Of a stretch of DNA of 64,000 nt, positions 8,830 through 17,649 are shown piece after piece. A program made the position numbers and the translations under genes. How positions within the stretch are numbered: position 1 is the first letter of the stretch; every line of letters starts with the position of its first letter. The notes beneath the pieces were generated by a model. The model searched no databases, was not told where the DNA came from, and saw only the letters and a list, made by a program, of their open reading frames with translations. The DNA is taken from the NCBI GenBank assembly GCA_963749155.1, contig CAVVLO010000003.1, forward strand, positions 192,612 to 256,611. The letters run 5' to 3'. The DNA comes from an uncultured Armatimonadia bacterium. Its GTDB lineage: Bacteria; Armatimonadota; Zipacnadia; CAVVLO01.

Positions 8830-11103
8830 TTACCGAGGCGCTAGCCTGAATACTCTGGCCTCACCCGCCGGCACAATCACCTGCGCCGCTGGTAGCAGTT
8901 GCTCGGTTGTCGCGAGGTCGGTCAGCTCAGTGTCAAGTGAGAAGCCGGCCTCTTGCTGCCCAAAGTTGGCGGCCAGCACGTAGGGGACGCCGTCGGCCCC
9001 GGGTAGGCTGACGACCCGCAGGGCCTCACTTGCGAGAAGGCGTTGCCCCTGCTTCGCAAGCAACGCAGTCTCCTCTCCAGAGGCGCCCGCCCGCAGCGCA
9101 AAACCAAGGTCGAAGAGGACCGTCTCCGGGTCATAAGCCTGCAAGCCAACTTGCCTGCCCGCCCAGACCTCGTCAGCCCAGAGCATCCCGCCGCCCTCCC
9201 AAGGGTCCTGGCCTTTCGTGGCTCTAAGGCCGATCTGGCGCCTGCCGGGCCGATACAGCTCCAGTTCCTCAAGGCCGTAGAGGGCCGCGAGCCCCAGCCG
9301 CCCTTCGACGTTCAGCCAGGGAGAGCCAGTCCGCCAGGTCTCCTCCTCGGCCCCTATGCCCTGCAACTCGCACTCGCCATCTTCAGTGAAGTATTTCCTC
9401 TTGCCGCCGTTGAACAGGTCGTTGGGGATTAGCCACCCGATGCCAGCGCGCTCGGTCAGGTAGAGGCGCCTTGCAGGCGTGACAGCGCATTGAAACACAA
9501 CCAGGGTCGCATCATCGGGCAAGGCTGCCGCGACCAGGCGGATCCGGGCCGTCTCCTCCGCCGGTTGCCCCTCGGCGAGCATTGGCCCGGAGCGGCACGA
9601 GACCTCTCCCCAAGTCAGGAAGCCTCCCTCGAAGGGCTGTTCAGTGTGCGAGAGCAGCGTCCGGTCGTCGGTCCTTCCTTGCCCCATGACTCGCCCAGTG
9701 AGGTGCTCCTTCCACTCCGCCAGGTCGCTGCCAGCTGTGGGAAGACAGAGGCCCTGTGGCTTCTCGGCCGCAAGCCAGCACCAGGAAGCCACCCGCCGCT
9801 TGCCTCTTTGGAGGACGGCGCCATGGTATTCGTCGCTCCAGGCGAAGTCCTTGGCAGGCAGTGGAGTCACAGTGTCCGGCACTTCAAGCCGCCTGCGCCA
9901 GTAGGCGCCCATCGAGAGACTGGCTGCGCGATCGGATTCCAGCCGCGTGTAGTAGAGGGGCGAAGCTGTGGCGAGTTCGGCGCAACGCTCGGAGAGAAAG
10001 CTGCCATCGCCGTTGGTATTGCACTCACGCCCGACCTGCTCGAGCCAGCCGGCCTCGAAAGCCGCCGCGTGCTCGTCCTCCCAGAGCTGACTCGCCATAA
10101 GCCAGACGGGGATGGCGTAATCCTGACAATAGCAATATCTGACCCGCGTGTCGCCGCCAATTCGCAGCAATCGCCCATCTGCGAAGTGGCCTTGCTTCAC
10201 CAACCGCCACAGGTCCTGCGCGTGGTGATACAGGGCCTCGGGGGCGATCAGTCCGGCGCTCTGGCATGCGAGATGCAGCATCGCCACCTGCGACAGGCAG
10301 ATGACCATATAGCCGACGTTGAGGTACCCATGATGGTTGAGAGAGTAGCTGGGGAAGAAGTTTTCCCCCACATGCCACTCGGACAGCGGCCTGCCCTCAT
10401 ACAGGGTCGCCGAAGTTGCATCTTCAGGTACCGAGATACCATTCAACAGGAAGCGCGTGCCCTTGTCGCGCCACTCAGCCGCGCGCGGATGGTCGGGGTA
10501 CAGCAGCGCGGTGCGGTGTAGTAGCGCGCCGTTCCACAGGTTGCTTTCGGGCTTGTTGTGCTGGATGGGGCCAGCCTCGACGGGATACTCGTCGGTAAGC
10601 CAGTCGCACTCGCTGGCCAACACTGTGGCAAGCAGCATCTCGTCTCCAGCCGAGAGGTGAGGTCTGAGAGCCTCTACACCGTGCATCATACGCTCGATAC
10701 CCAGCGCGCTAATCCAGGTATGGCCCCAACGCGTGCCATCGGTGCAGTGATAGCCGCCGACCAGGTGGCTTTCCAAGGAGAAGCGCAGCATCGCATGCGA
10801 TTTCGCGAGCAACTCTTCTCTTCCGGCTCCGGCGCGACTTTCATCGAGGTCCGGGTCAGTCGCCAGCACCGCGAAAGCGGCAAGCGCCTTCTGATGCGTC
10901 TGCACGCCCCAGCCATTGTAGCCGGGGCCATAGCAGAGCAGCTCCGGCCTGTCGGGCGGGCGATATTCCCACTGCTCTGCAGCGCGCACCCAGGGCTCGA
11001 GCAGGCGCAAATAATCAGAAGCGGTTGGGGGAGGCAGTTTTTTCATACTGGCTTTTTCTGCGTGTCCTGGTTCCTGCCTGCTAGACTGGAAGGAACTCTT
11101 CAT
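8830..11103 (-). CDS. Large conserved hypothetical protein, probably polysaccharide-active (helical N-half, beta-rich C-half)
   Basis: Uninterrupted 757-aa ORF. C-terminus ...VIVPAGEARVFRLAPR. Family not recognised. An alternative ATG start lies at 11046 (MKKLPPP...). Confidence 0.65.
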   Translation of the reverse strand: MKSSFQSSRQEPGHAEKASMKKLPPPTASDYLRLLEPWVRAAEQWEYRPPDRPELLCYGPGYNGWGVQTHQKALAAFAVLATDPDLDESRAGAGREELLAKSHAMLRFSLESHLVGGYHCTDGTRWGHTWISALGIERMMHGVEALRPHLSAGDEMLLATVLASECDWLTDEYPVEAGPIQHNKPESNLWNGALLHRTALLYPDHPRAAEWRDKGTRFLLNGISVPEDATSATLYEGRPLSEWHVGENFFPSYSLNHHGYLNVGYMVICLSQVAMLHLACQSAGLIAPEALYHHAQDLWRLVKQGHFADGRLLRIGGDTRVRYCYCQDYAIPVWLMASQLWEDEHAAAFEAGWLEQVGRECNTNGDGSFLSERCAELATASPLYYTRLESDRAASLSMGAYWRRRLEVPDTVTPLPAKDFAWSDEYHGAVLQRGKRRVASWCWLAAEKPQGLCLPTAGSDLAEWKEHLTGRVMGQGRTDDRTLLSHTEQPFEGGFLTWGEVSCRSGPMLAEGQPAEETARIRLVAAALPDDATLVVFQCAVTPARRLYLTERAGIGWLIPNDLFNGGKRKYFTEDGECELQGIGAEEETWRTGSPWLNVEGRLGLAALYGLEELELYRPGRRQIGLRATKGQDPWEGGGMLWADEVWAGRQVGLQAYDPETVLFDLGFALRAGASGEETALLAKQGQRLLASEALRVVSLPGADGVPYVLAANFGQQEAGFSLDTELTDLATTEQLLPAAQVIVPAGEARVFRLAPR

Positions 11104-11153
11104 CTTCTAGCGAATCCTCACTTATCACCAGAAATCGCAAGGAGTAACTACCC

Positions 11154-12314
11154 ATGACCAATCGCGAGAACCTGCTCGCCATACTCAATTATGAAGACTA
11201 CGACCGCGTCCCCGTGTTGCACTTCGGCTTCCTCTACGACACCTTGCTGAAATGGCACCAGGAAGGTCATCTCACCGAAGAAGAATTCGCCCGGGCCTGC
11301 ACAGCGGACCAGTCAATCGAGCTTGAAGAGCTAACCGCCAAACTCGGTTTCGATGTCGCCTATCACCGGGTCTTCGGGATGAATACCGCTATCTCGCCCC
11401 TGTTCGAGTCGAAAGTCCTCGAAGAGCTGCCCGATGGCGGGCGCAAGATCCTCTCGCCTTATGGCGCCATCCAGCTTCAGAAGCCCGGCGCAGGCAGCAT
11501 CCCGATGGAGTTCGAGCACGCCCTCAAAGGGCGCGCCGAGTGGGAGGAACTCTTCAAGCCGCGCTTGCAGTTCTTCCCCGAGCGGGTCGAGGGTGTCCAT
11601 GTCAACTGCGAAGACGAGATGCGGCGCTTCGATGACGGCGGCCTGGACTATCTGAAGGAAACTGACCACGATAATCATTATCTGCTGCATTGTGGCAGTC
11701 TTTACGGCACCTTGCGTGACTATATCGGGATGGAATCGCTCGCTTACCTGACCGCCGACGATGAGGACCTGGTCGTCGAGATGATAGAGGTCAACGCGGA
11801 GCTGTGCTACCAGTGCACCAAATACGCCCTCGAGGCGGGCGCGAAGTTCGATATCGCCCATTTCTGGGAGGATATCTGCTACAAGAACGGCCCACTGGTG
11901 AATCCGGCTTTCTTCGCCGAATATGTCGGTCCTCAATACAAACGCATCGTTGACCTGGTGGCGAGTTATGGCATCGATCTCGTCTCCCTGGACTGCGACG
12001 GGATGATAGACAAGCTGGTGCCCATCTGGCTTGAGGCGGGCGTGAACGTGATGTTCCCGATAGAGGTCGGCACCTGGGGCGCCAGCATCGAACCCTGGCG
12101 CGAGCAGTACGGTAAGCAGGTGCGCGGCGTTGGCGGGATGAGGAAACACATCCTCGCGCACGATTATGCGGCCGTGGACGCCGAAGTCGAGCGGTTGAAG
12201 CGCCTCGTGGACCTCGGCGGCTTCGTCCCCTGCCCCGACCATCGCATTGCCGACGACGCCGAATGGGAGAATGTGCAGTACTACTGCGACCGGATGCACG
12301 AGGTGTTTGGGTAG
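11154..12314 (+). CDS. URO-D-like (uroporphyrinogen decarboxylase / MtaA-CmuA superfamily) protein
   Basis: 386-aa ORF after an AAGGAG RBS. N-terminus NRENLLAILNYEDYDRVPV and C-terminus PCPDHRIADDAEWENVQYY resemble URO-D-superfamily proteins as I recall them. A paralog lies at 26953-28044. Confidence 0.65.
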   Translation: MTNRENLLAILNYEDYDRVPVLHFGFLYDTLLKWHQEGHLTEEEFARACTADQSIELEELTAKLGFDVAYHRVFGMNTAISPLFESKVLEELPDGGRKILSPYGAIQLQKPGAGSIPMEFEHALKGRAEWEELFKPRLQFFPERVEGVHVNCEDEMRRFDDGGLDYLKETDHDNHYLLHCGSLYGTLRDYIGMESLAYLTADDEDLVVEMIEVNAELCYQCTKYALEAGAKFDIAHFWEDICYKNGPLVNPAFFAEYVGPQYKRIVDLVASYGIDLVSLDCDGMIDKLVPIWLEAGVNVMFPIEVGTWGASIEPWREQYGKQVRGVGGMRKHILAHDYAAVDAEVERLKRLVDLGGFVPCPDHRIADDAEWENVQYYCDRMHEVFG

Positions 12315-12347
12315 AGAATCCCTTCTTCACTTTTGCGAGGCAGAAAT

Positions 12348-13751
12348 ATGGGCAATCCAGAAACCGAGCTTACTGGTCCTGTGCCTGGCCATCTGCCCTC
12401 CAGGCTGACCATCTCGCTCTGGATGTGGCTCTGGCTTACCGAGACCCAGGAGGGTGAATACTACTCGGACCTGGAGCAGTGTTTCACCGAGCTTGTCGCG
12501 CGAGGCTTCAATACCATACGGATCGACTGTCTGCTGCTCTGGCTGTGGGATGAACAGGGCAATCCCCGCCGTAATGTGGCGATCGGGAATGTCGCCGAGC
12601 CTGGCTATTGTAATAACGTGCCAGGTTACGAGGCGCGCGGTGGTTTCAGCGTAGCAGACCCACTTGGCAAGCTGTTCGAGCTGTTCGAGCTTGCGAAACG
12701 TCATGATGTCTATCTGGCGCTATCAAACTGGGGCTTCCACGAAGGCCACAGCACGACCTTCCTGGCCAACGAGGCGGAGAGAGCAGCTATCTGGGCAATC
12801 CCAGAAGAGCGTCGGCTGATGCTTCTGGCAGAGCGTTACGAGCGACTGCTGACCGAGGCAAAACGGCGGGGTTTGCTGGATCGGATCGCTTATGTTGAAC
12901 TCCATAACGAGCTGACAGGTATCGCCCACGCTTTTGGGGGTCGGCCAGCCACCAAAATCGGCACCGAAGAGGCCCTCTCCTGGCTGCAGATCCGCTTCCC
13001 CGAGCTACTCTTCTGCGGAGATTACGACCTGGATGTGCCCGCGGATTACGCCTTCGACTACAACCTGACGGTCAGCTTCGCCGAAAACTTCCCCAGCAAC
13101 TTGCAGGTACTGGATCATCATCTCTACTGTTTCGGCATCTGGAAGGAGTTTGTCGTCAGGGCAGGTTTCCTGCAAGATCCTGCTCCATACGGTGGACTTG
13201 ATGCCTATTTCGAGCATCTCGAACAGCACAACGCCTTCTATCGAGAAGTCTTGAAACCAGACAGACCAAGTTGGCCTGAGTACAAAAGCCACCTGACCAC
13301 CTGGGTTGGCGCCCAGCCCCTGATGTACCTGCTCGAACACCTGGACCCAGAGCGCTTCGACTACTGGCTTCTGAAGCATTTTTCCAGGTATGAGGACCGT
13401 ATGCTGGGCTTCTGGAAGAACAATATCCAGTTCTTCGGCCACCTGGCCAGGCAGCGCAATATACCTGTCGTCTGCGATGAAGGTTATATCTTCTGGATGC
13501 CCACCAACTCGCTCTTCGACACGACAGCTATTGGTCGCAGCCTAATCGAATATATTGCTACGACAATGAGAGACAACGGTTATTGGGGGATTATGCTTTC
13601 TTCCTATGCCTTTCCAGGGATGCCCCTGTGGACCAGGGAAGCCGAATGGCTTTCGAAGGTCAACACTGGACTGATCCAATCTGCCCCCAAAGTCTCAGGC
13701 GCGCAGCTTCTTGATAATCAACCTCACACTGGCAACCGCAGCCCTGACTAG
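12348..13751 (+). CDS. Clan GH-A / GH5-like glycoside hydrolase
   Basis: ARGFNTIRIDCLLLW and IAYVELHNELTG (NE acid/base motif). I prefer the ATG at 12348 (GAGG 9 nt upstream) over the TTG at 12333 in the ORF track. Confidence 0.7.
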   Translation: MGNPETELTGPVPGHLPSRLTISLWMWLWLTETQEGEYYSDLEQCFTELVARGFNTIRIDCLLLWLWDEQGNPRRNVAIGNVAEPGYCNNVPGYEARGGFSVADPLGKLFELFELAKRHDVYLALSNWGFHEGHSTTFLANEAERAAIWAIPEERRLMLLAERYERLLTEAKRRGLLDRIAYVELHNELTGIAHAFGGRPATKIGTEEALSWLQIRFPELLFCGDYDLDVPADYAFDYNLTVSFAENFPSNLQVLDHHLYCFGIWKEFVVRAGFLQDPAPYGGLDAYFEHLEQHNAFYREVLKPDRPSWPEYKSHLTTWVGAQPLMYLLEHLDPERFDYWLLKHFSRYEDRMLGFWKNNIQFFGHLARQRNIPVVCDEGYIFWMPTNSLFDTTAIGRSLIEYIATTMRDNGYWGIMLSSYAFPGMPLWTREAEWLSKVNTGLIQSAPKVSGAQLLDNQPHTGNRSPD

Positions 13752-13786
13752 CCGTCAAGGAACCAGGTCTTGCTTAGGAGATACAA

Positions 13787-15274
13787 TTGAGACTGCCGAA
13801 TCTGCCTCTAGTCAGTGGATTATTAGTGCTCCTGATATTGGGAAGCGCCCAAGCCGTCGAGCTACCCAGGCTCGACTGGACGGAGCGTTCTGACTGGCTG
13901 AATGTGCAGACTGATGTGTCGCCAGCGGCGGTTGGAGATGGCCTGGCAGATGACACCGCGGCCTTGCAAGCGGCCCTGGATACAGTCGTAGATGGCACCA
14001 CCGTCTACCTGCCCCCTGGCACTTACCGGATAACCGAGACCCTGACCTTGCGCGGCCCAAGGCACGGCTTCTTGCTGCTAGGGCATGGCCGAGATACCAC
14101 TTTGCTGTGGGATGGCGAGGAAGGCGGCAAGCTCTTCCTCGATGACGGCGTGGCGTATAGCCGGTATGTCGGGCTTACTTTCGAGGGCCAGAGCAAGGCT
14201 GCGGTGGGTTTCTACCATTACAGCGACCTGCGTTTCGAGACCGAAGTCCGCCATCAACACCTGGCCTTCCGCAACTTTACCGACGCGGGCATACTCGCCG
14301 AGAATAACGACCGCTTTGCGACCGCCGAGACGCTGTTTGAGAACTGCCTTTTCGAGAATTGCAGGCGAGGGGTCTCCTTCACCCAGTTCAACGATTATGA
14401 TTACACCTTCGATGGATGCGAATTTGTGGACAGCGAGACCGCCATCGAGTGCGCCCACGGCAACTTCTACGTCCGCAACTGCCACTTCGAGCACAGCCGA
14501 GTGGTGGATATCAGTTCTGCCCCCGAGCATGGCAGCTCGCTTCGCCGGTGCACCTCGGTCGGCTCTAACGCCTTCCTGCACTTCGGCAATGCGGTTGCTC
14601 CGATGACCTTGCAGGATTGCCAGATTGAAGGCTGGACGAGTCCCGAGGGCGCGGTGCGGCTTGCGGGCGCGCCAGTCTTGCTCTTTGATTGTGTCTTCAC
14701 CAAGGGGCCTGAGGGAAGCGTCCCCATACAGGCAGGCAACGGGCAGCGGATATTCCTCTCCGAGAATTCGGCTCCGGGCGCGCCTTCTCTCATCGAAGCG
14801 CCTTCTGATGCGGTTGTCTACACCATACCGGCCGGCCAGCGCAGTGGACTGCTTACTTCCGCCAGGCAGTCCTTTTTTACCGAGACTGCCCCTGTTCCGA
14901 CCAAGGTATTCGACGCGAAGGTGGACTTCGGCGCGAAGGGCGACGGCGCCACCGATGACACTGCGGCAGTGCAGGCAACTGTGGATGCGGCGCGCGAAGC
15001 CGGAGAAGGCGCTCTGGCTTATTTGCCGACTGGTTCTTACCTAATAACGAATACTATCAAGTTATCAGGCAGCAATTACTCCCTCGGGGGCAGCGGCTGG
15101 AACAGCCGGCTTGTCTGGCGAGGGGCGGAAGGAGGCACGCTGATTGAGGTGAGCGAGCCCCAAAATGTTACGCTCGAACACCTGGCCGTCGGCAACCATG
15201 ACAGCGGCCAGATGACCAACGCGGTGGACATCCACCAGTCCGGCACGGTACTCTGGCTCCCGGATGACTTATGA
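13787..15274 (+). CDS. Secreted tandem beta-helix protein, pectate-lyase superfamily (fragment 1 of 2)
   Basis: TTG start after AGGAG. Signal peptide MRLPNLPLVSGLLVLLILGSAQA. Two copies of the family N-terminal motif: VSPAAVGDGLADDTAALQAAL and DFGAKGDGATDDTAAVQATVDAA. Continuity moves to the +1 frame at about 15241-15263. Confidence 0.8.
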   Translation: MRLPNLPLVSGLLVLLILGSAQAVELPRLDWTERSDWLNVQTDVSPAAVGDGLADDTAALQAALDTVVDGTTVYLPPGTYRITETLTLRGPRHGFLLLGHGRDTTLLWDGEEGGKLFLDDGVAYSRYVGLTFEGQSKAAVGFYHYSDLRFETEVRHQHLAFRNFTDAGILAENNDRFATAETLFENCLFENCRRGVSFTQFNDYDYTFDGCEFVDSETAIECAHGNFYVRNCHFEHSRVVDISSAPEHGSSLRRCTSVGSNAFLHFGNAVAPMTLQDCQIEGWTSPEGAVRLAGAPVLLFDCVFTKGPEGSVPIQAGNGQRIFLSENSAPGAPSLIEAPSDAVVYTIPAGQRSGLLTSARQSFFTETAPVPTKVFDAKVDFGAKGDGATDDTAAVQATVDAAREAGEGALAYLPTGSYLITNTIKLSGSNYSLGGSGWNSRLVWRGAEGGTLIEVSEPQNVTLEHLAVGNHDSGQMTNAVDIHQSGTVLWLPDDL

Positions 15275-16022
15275 CGGGGTATTTGCCTACGGGATGTACC
15301 AGTTGCAGCCTGACAGGAAAGGCTTCGTATTTGAGGGACTCGGTCCTGAAGATATTGTCCTGATGCCCCATGTGCAGGGCAACCTGCGCTTTCGCGACTG
15401 TGGCGAGGCGACGGTGCTTGCGAAAGTCTCATACGAAGGCTCCATCACGGTCGAGGGGAAGCAGCAGCAACGTGGCGGACTACTTGGCTTCCAGACGCGC
15501 CTGGCGACCCTTGTGACGCATGCCCTTTACCTGCGCGACAACCAGAGCCTGGTTGCAAGTGACTTCTATATCGAGCAGGCTCAAAACGGATTCGTGCTAG
15601 AGGGAGAGCCAGGCTTGCCCCCCGGCAGGCTGACTCTGCAAGGGCCGAAGCTGCACTTCAATCCGAGCGATCCCCCAGGCGTTGCGCTGACGATCAACGG
15701 CTACGAAGGTCAAGTAGCGTTTGGCCCTCAGCAATTCTACATAGAACCTCGCAAGGCTGCTTTACGCTGGCAGGGGACCGCCCCTCTGGATGTTATTGTC
15801 TTTGCTTCGACCTTCTACGGGACGGAACCTGACTTCGATCAGGGGGAGGGACTGAGGCTCGCGCTCATCGGCAACCGGGCGATAGATATCAAACTGGACC
15901 AGTCGGATGCAAGCGCAGATATGGCGCCAGACGGCACGCTGGGACGCCTGGCTGACGCCCTTGACGACCTCAGGCGGCTAGGAGAAATCGATTTACGTCT
16001 TACTCATCCGGAGGTGCTTTGA
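15264..16022 (+). CDS. Beta-helix protein, C-terminal part (fragment 2 of 2)
   Basis: Continues ...GSRMTYDGVFAYGMYQLQPD... to the TGA at 16020-16022. It overlaps fragment 1 by 11 nt in a different frame. Confidence 0.75.
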   Translation: MTYDGVFAYGMYQLQPDRKGFVFEGLGPEDIVLMPHVQGNLRFRDCGEATVLAKVSYEGSITVEGKQQQRGGLLGFQTRLATLVTHALYLRDNQSLVASDFYIEQAQNGFVLEGEPGLPPGRLTLQGPKLHFNPSDPPGVALTINGYEGQVAFGPQQFYIEPRKAALRWQGTAPLDVIVFASTFYGTEPDFDQGEGLRLALIGNRAIDIKLDQSDASADMAPDGTLGRLADALDDLRRLGEIDLRLTHPEVL

Positions 16023-16062
16023 GAAGCTGAACAACGAAGACCAGGAGCCTGGCTACTAGTGC

Positions 16063-16090
16063 TTGACATTCGAGGAATAACCGCTATGAT
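16063..16090 (+). promoter_or_regulatory. Sigma-70-type promoter of the Fur-family regulator gene
   Basis: TTGACA (16063-16068), 16 nt, TATGAT (16085-16090). Confidence 0.5.
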
Positions 16091-16097
16091 TATCACG

Positions 16098-16112
16098 TAG
16101 TAATAATTACGA
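16098..16112 (+). promoter_or_regulatory. Fur-family operator (Zur-box-like 7-1-7 inverted repeat)
   Basis: TAGTAATAATTACGA. It differs at one position from the B. subtilis Zur consensus TCGTAATnATTACGA and lies immediately downstream of the -10, which fits autoregulation. Confidence 0.55.
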
Positions 16113-16155
16113 GGGAGTAATCAATCTGGCATCTCACGAAACCCAACTCGACGAT

Positions 16156-16587
16156 GTGGTCCTGACCTTCAATGAAGTATGCAGGCAGCTTGGAATCCGG
16201 GCAACTCATCAGCGGGCCGAGATATTCCGCGAACTGGTAAAGAGCCAAGAGCATCCTGACGCCAAGACCATCTATCTGAGGGTTCGCAAGCGCATACCGA
16301 CTATCTCTTTTGATACTGTCTATCGCAATCTGCGCCTGATGGAAGAACAAGGGGCTATCTCCAAAATCGGTGCTGGAGTCGAAACAATGCGTTTTGACGC
16401 GGTCACCGCCCCCCATCATCATTTTGTATGCAGGCGCTGTGGGAAGATCCGGGATATCTACAGGGACGAATGGAATGACCTCCAGCGTCCACCTGGTATT
16501 GATGAGCTGGGCGATATCGAGTCTATCCACGTCGAAGTGCGCGGCCTTTGTGCCGATTGTCTTAAAGCCAAAGCCAAGCCCCAGTGA
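16156..16587 (+). CDS. Fur-family metalloregulator (Zur/PerR-like)
   Basis: LGIRATHQRAEIFREL (DNA-binding helix), HHHFVCRRCG plus CADC (structural Zn CxxC pairs). The GTG at 16156 has no RBS; an N-terminal extension to about 16120-16126, after the GAGGGAG at 16111-16117, is possible. Confidence 0.85.
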   Translation: MVLTFNEVCRQLGIRATHQRAEIFRELVKSQEHPDAKTIYLRVRKRIPTISFDTVYRNLRLMEEQGAISKIGAGVETMRFDAVTAPHHHFVCRRCGKIRDIYRDEWNDLQRPPGIDELGDIESIHVEVRGLCADCLKAKAKPQ

Positions 16588-16623
16588 CCAGGGGCGGCAG
16601 TTGCTCTTTTTTTGCGAATAATA

Positions 16624-16638
16624 TAGTAATGATTATTA
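16624..16638 (+). promoter_or_regulatory. Second Fur-family box overlapping the promoter of the DPSL gene
   Basis: TAGTAATGATTATTA, a 7-1-7 inverted repeat with one mismatched pair. It shares the left half TAGTAAT with box 1. It lies in the spacer/-10 region downstream of TTGCGA (16612-16617). Confidence 0.5.
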
Positions 16639-16777
16639 TATAGTTATCGTTTGTGCTTACGAAAATTTTGGAGGTGGTAACTGATATTAGGCCAGGGGGG
16701 CGCAGAGCGTATCCTGTCCAGACTACCTTGCGAAGTATTCACGACCACTTTTGAGTCTCAACTCCAGGAGGAGAACT

Positions 16778-17335
16778 ATGGAACTGGTATCAAGGCAGTT
16801 AGTTGAAAAAGCTGGTATCAATGTAGATGAGTTGCTGAAGCTGCTCATCACCAACGCCTCGGCTGAGCTTACGACCTTCTACTATTACACCATCCTGCGC
16901 ATCAACCTGATAGGGATGGAGGGTGAAGGCCTTAAGGAGATCGCCGAGGACGCCCGTATCGAGGACCGCAACCACTTCGAGGCGCTCGTGCCGCGTATCT
17001 ACGAGCTTGGTGGCAAGCTTCCGAACTGCATGAAAGAGTTCCACGATATGTCGGCTTGCCCGCCGGCGCGCTTGCCGGATGATCCAACCGATACAAAGGC
17101 CCTTGTGGAGATCCTGCTCAAGGCCGAACAGTGCGCGGTTAATGGTTACACCCATCTGTGTAATCTGACTTGTGGCAAGGACCATCGCACCTACGACCTG
17201 GTGCTCGCCATATTGAACGAGGAAATCGAGCATGAGGCCTGGTTTGCCGAGTTTCTTGGGCAGGGGCCCTCTGGTCACTTCAAGCGCCGCACCATCGGCG
17301 AGTCCCCCTTTGTTTCCAAGTTCTTGCATCCCTGA
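16778..17335 (+). CDS. Dps-like (DPSL) ferritin-superfamily antioxidant protein
   Basis: ATG at 16778 after AGGAGGAG. TTFYYYTILRINLIGMEGEGLKEIAEDARIEDRNHFE, RIYELGGKLP, LNEEIEHEAWF and PSGHFKRR closely match my recollection of Sulfolobus DPSL. Confidence 0.85.
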   Translation: MELVSRQLVEKAGINVDELLKLLITNASAELTTFYYYTILRINLIGMEGEGLKEIAEDARIEDRNHFEALVPRIYELGGKLPNCMKEFHDMSACPPARLPDDPTDTKALVEILLKAEQCAVNGYTHLCNLTCGKDHRTYDLVLAILNEEIEHEAWFAEFLGQGPSGHFKRRTIGESPFVSKFLHP

Positions 17336-17357
17336 GTCCAGAAGGCCACGAGAAATG

Positions 17358-17389
17358 AGGGGCGCTCTTGACGCGCCCCTTATTTTTTT
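17358..17389 (+). terminator. Rho-independent terminator after the DPSL gene
   Basis: AGGGGCGC-tcttgac-GCGCCCCT followed by TATTTTTTT. Confidence 0.75.
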
Positions 17390-17466
17390 ATGCCGCAGGG
17401 CTTGCTACTAGCGCTGGCGAATTGCTACAACAGCTTATTGGAAGCGAAGTTTTATGGAGGTGCCAG

Positions 17467-17637
17467 ATGGCTCACGTAAAGCAAATAGGTGAAGTATGGC
17501 GTTGCGAAGTGTGCGGCAATGTAGTTGAAGTGCTCGAGTCCGGTGGCGGAGAACTCCTCTGCTGTGGCGGGCCGATGGTGAAAGTCGAGGAAGAAGAAGA
17601 CGAGGACGAAGAAGAGGAAGAAGAAGACGACGACTAA
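17467..17637 (+). CDS. Stand-alone desulforedoxin-domain protein with a C-terminal poly-Glu/Asp tail
   Basis: ATG after [45 protein letters not shown] matches the D. gigas desulforedoxin pattern (CxxC ... CC). It is followed by [16 protein letters not shown] and a stop. Confidence 0.8.
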   Translation: MAHVKQIGEVWRCEVCGNVVEVLESGGGELLCCGGPMVKVEEEEDEDEEEEEEDDD

Positions 17638-17649
17638 ACAAGGAGCCTG

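Noticed and set aside
16093-16530. 145-aa minus-strand ORF overlapping the Fur-family gene
   Set aside because: It completely overlaps a gene with clear Fur-family motifs on the plus strand and has no motifs or RBS of its own.
17590-17634. The poly-Glu/Asp tract of the desulforedoxin gene as a simple-sequence assembly artefact
   Set aside because: The tract uses mixed GAA/GAG/GAC codons rather than a perfect microsatellite. It stays in frame and ends at a clean stop just before the next RBS. It should still be verified with reads, so it is retained as a finding.
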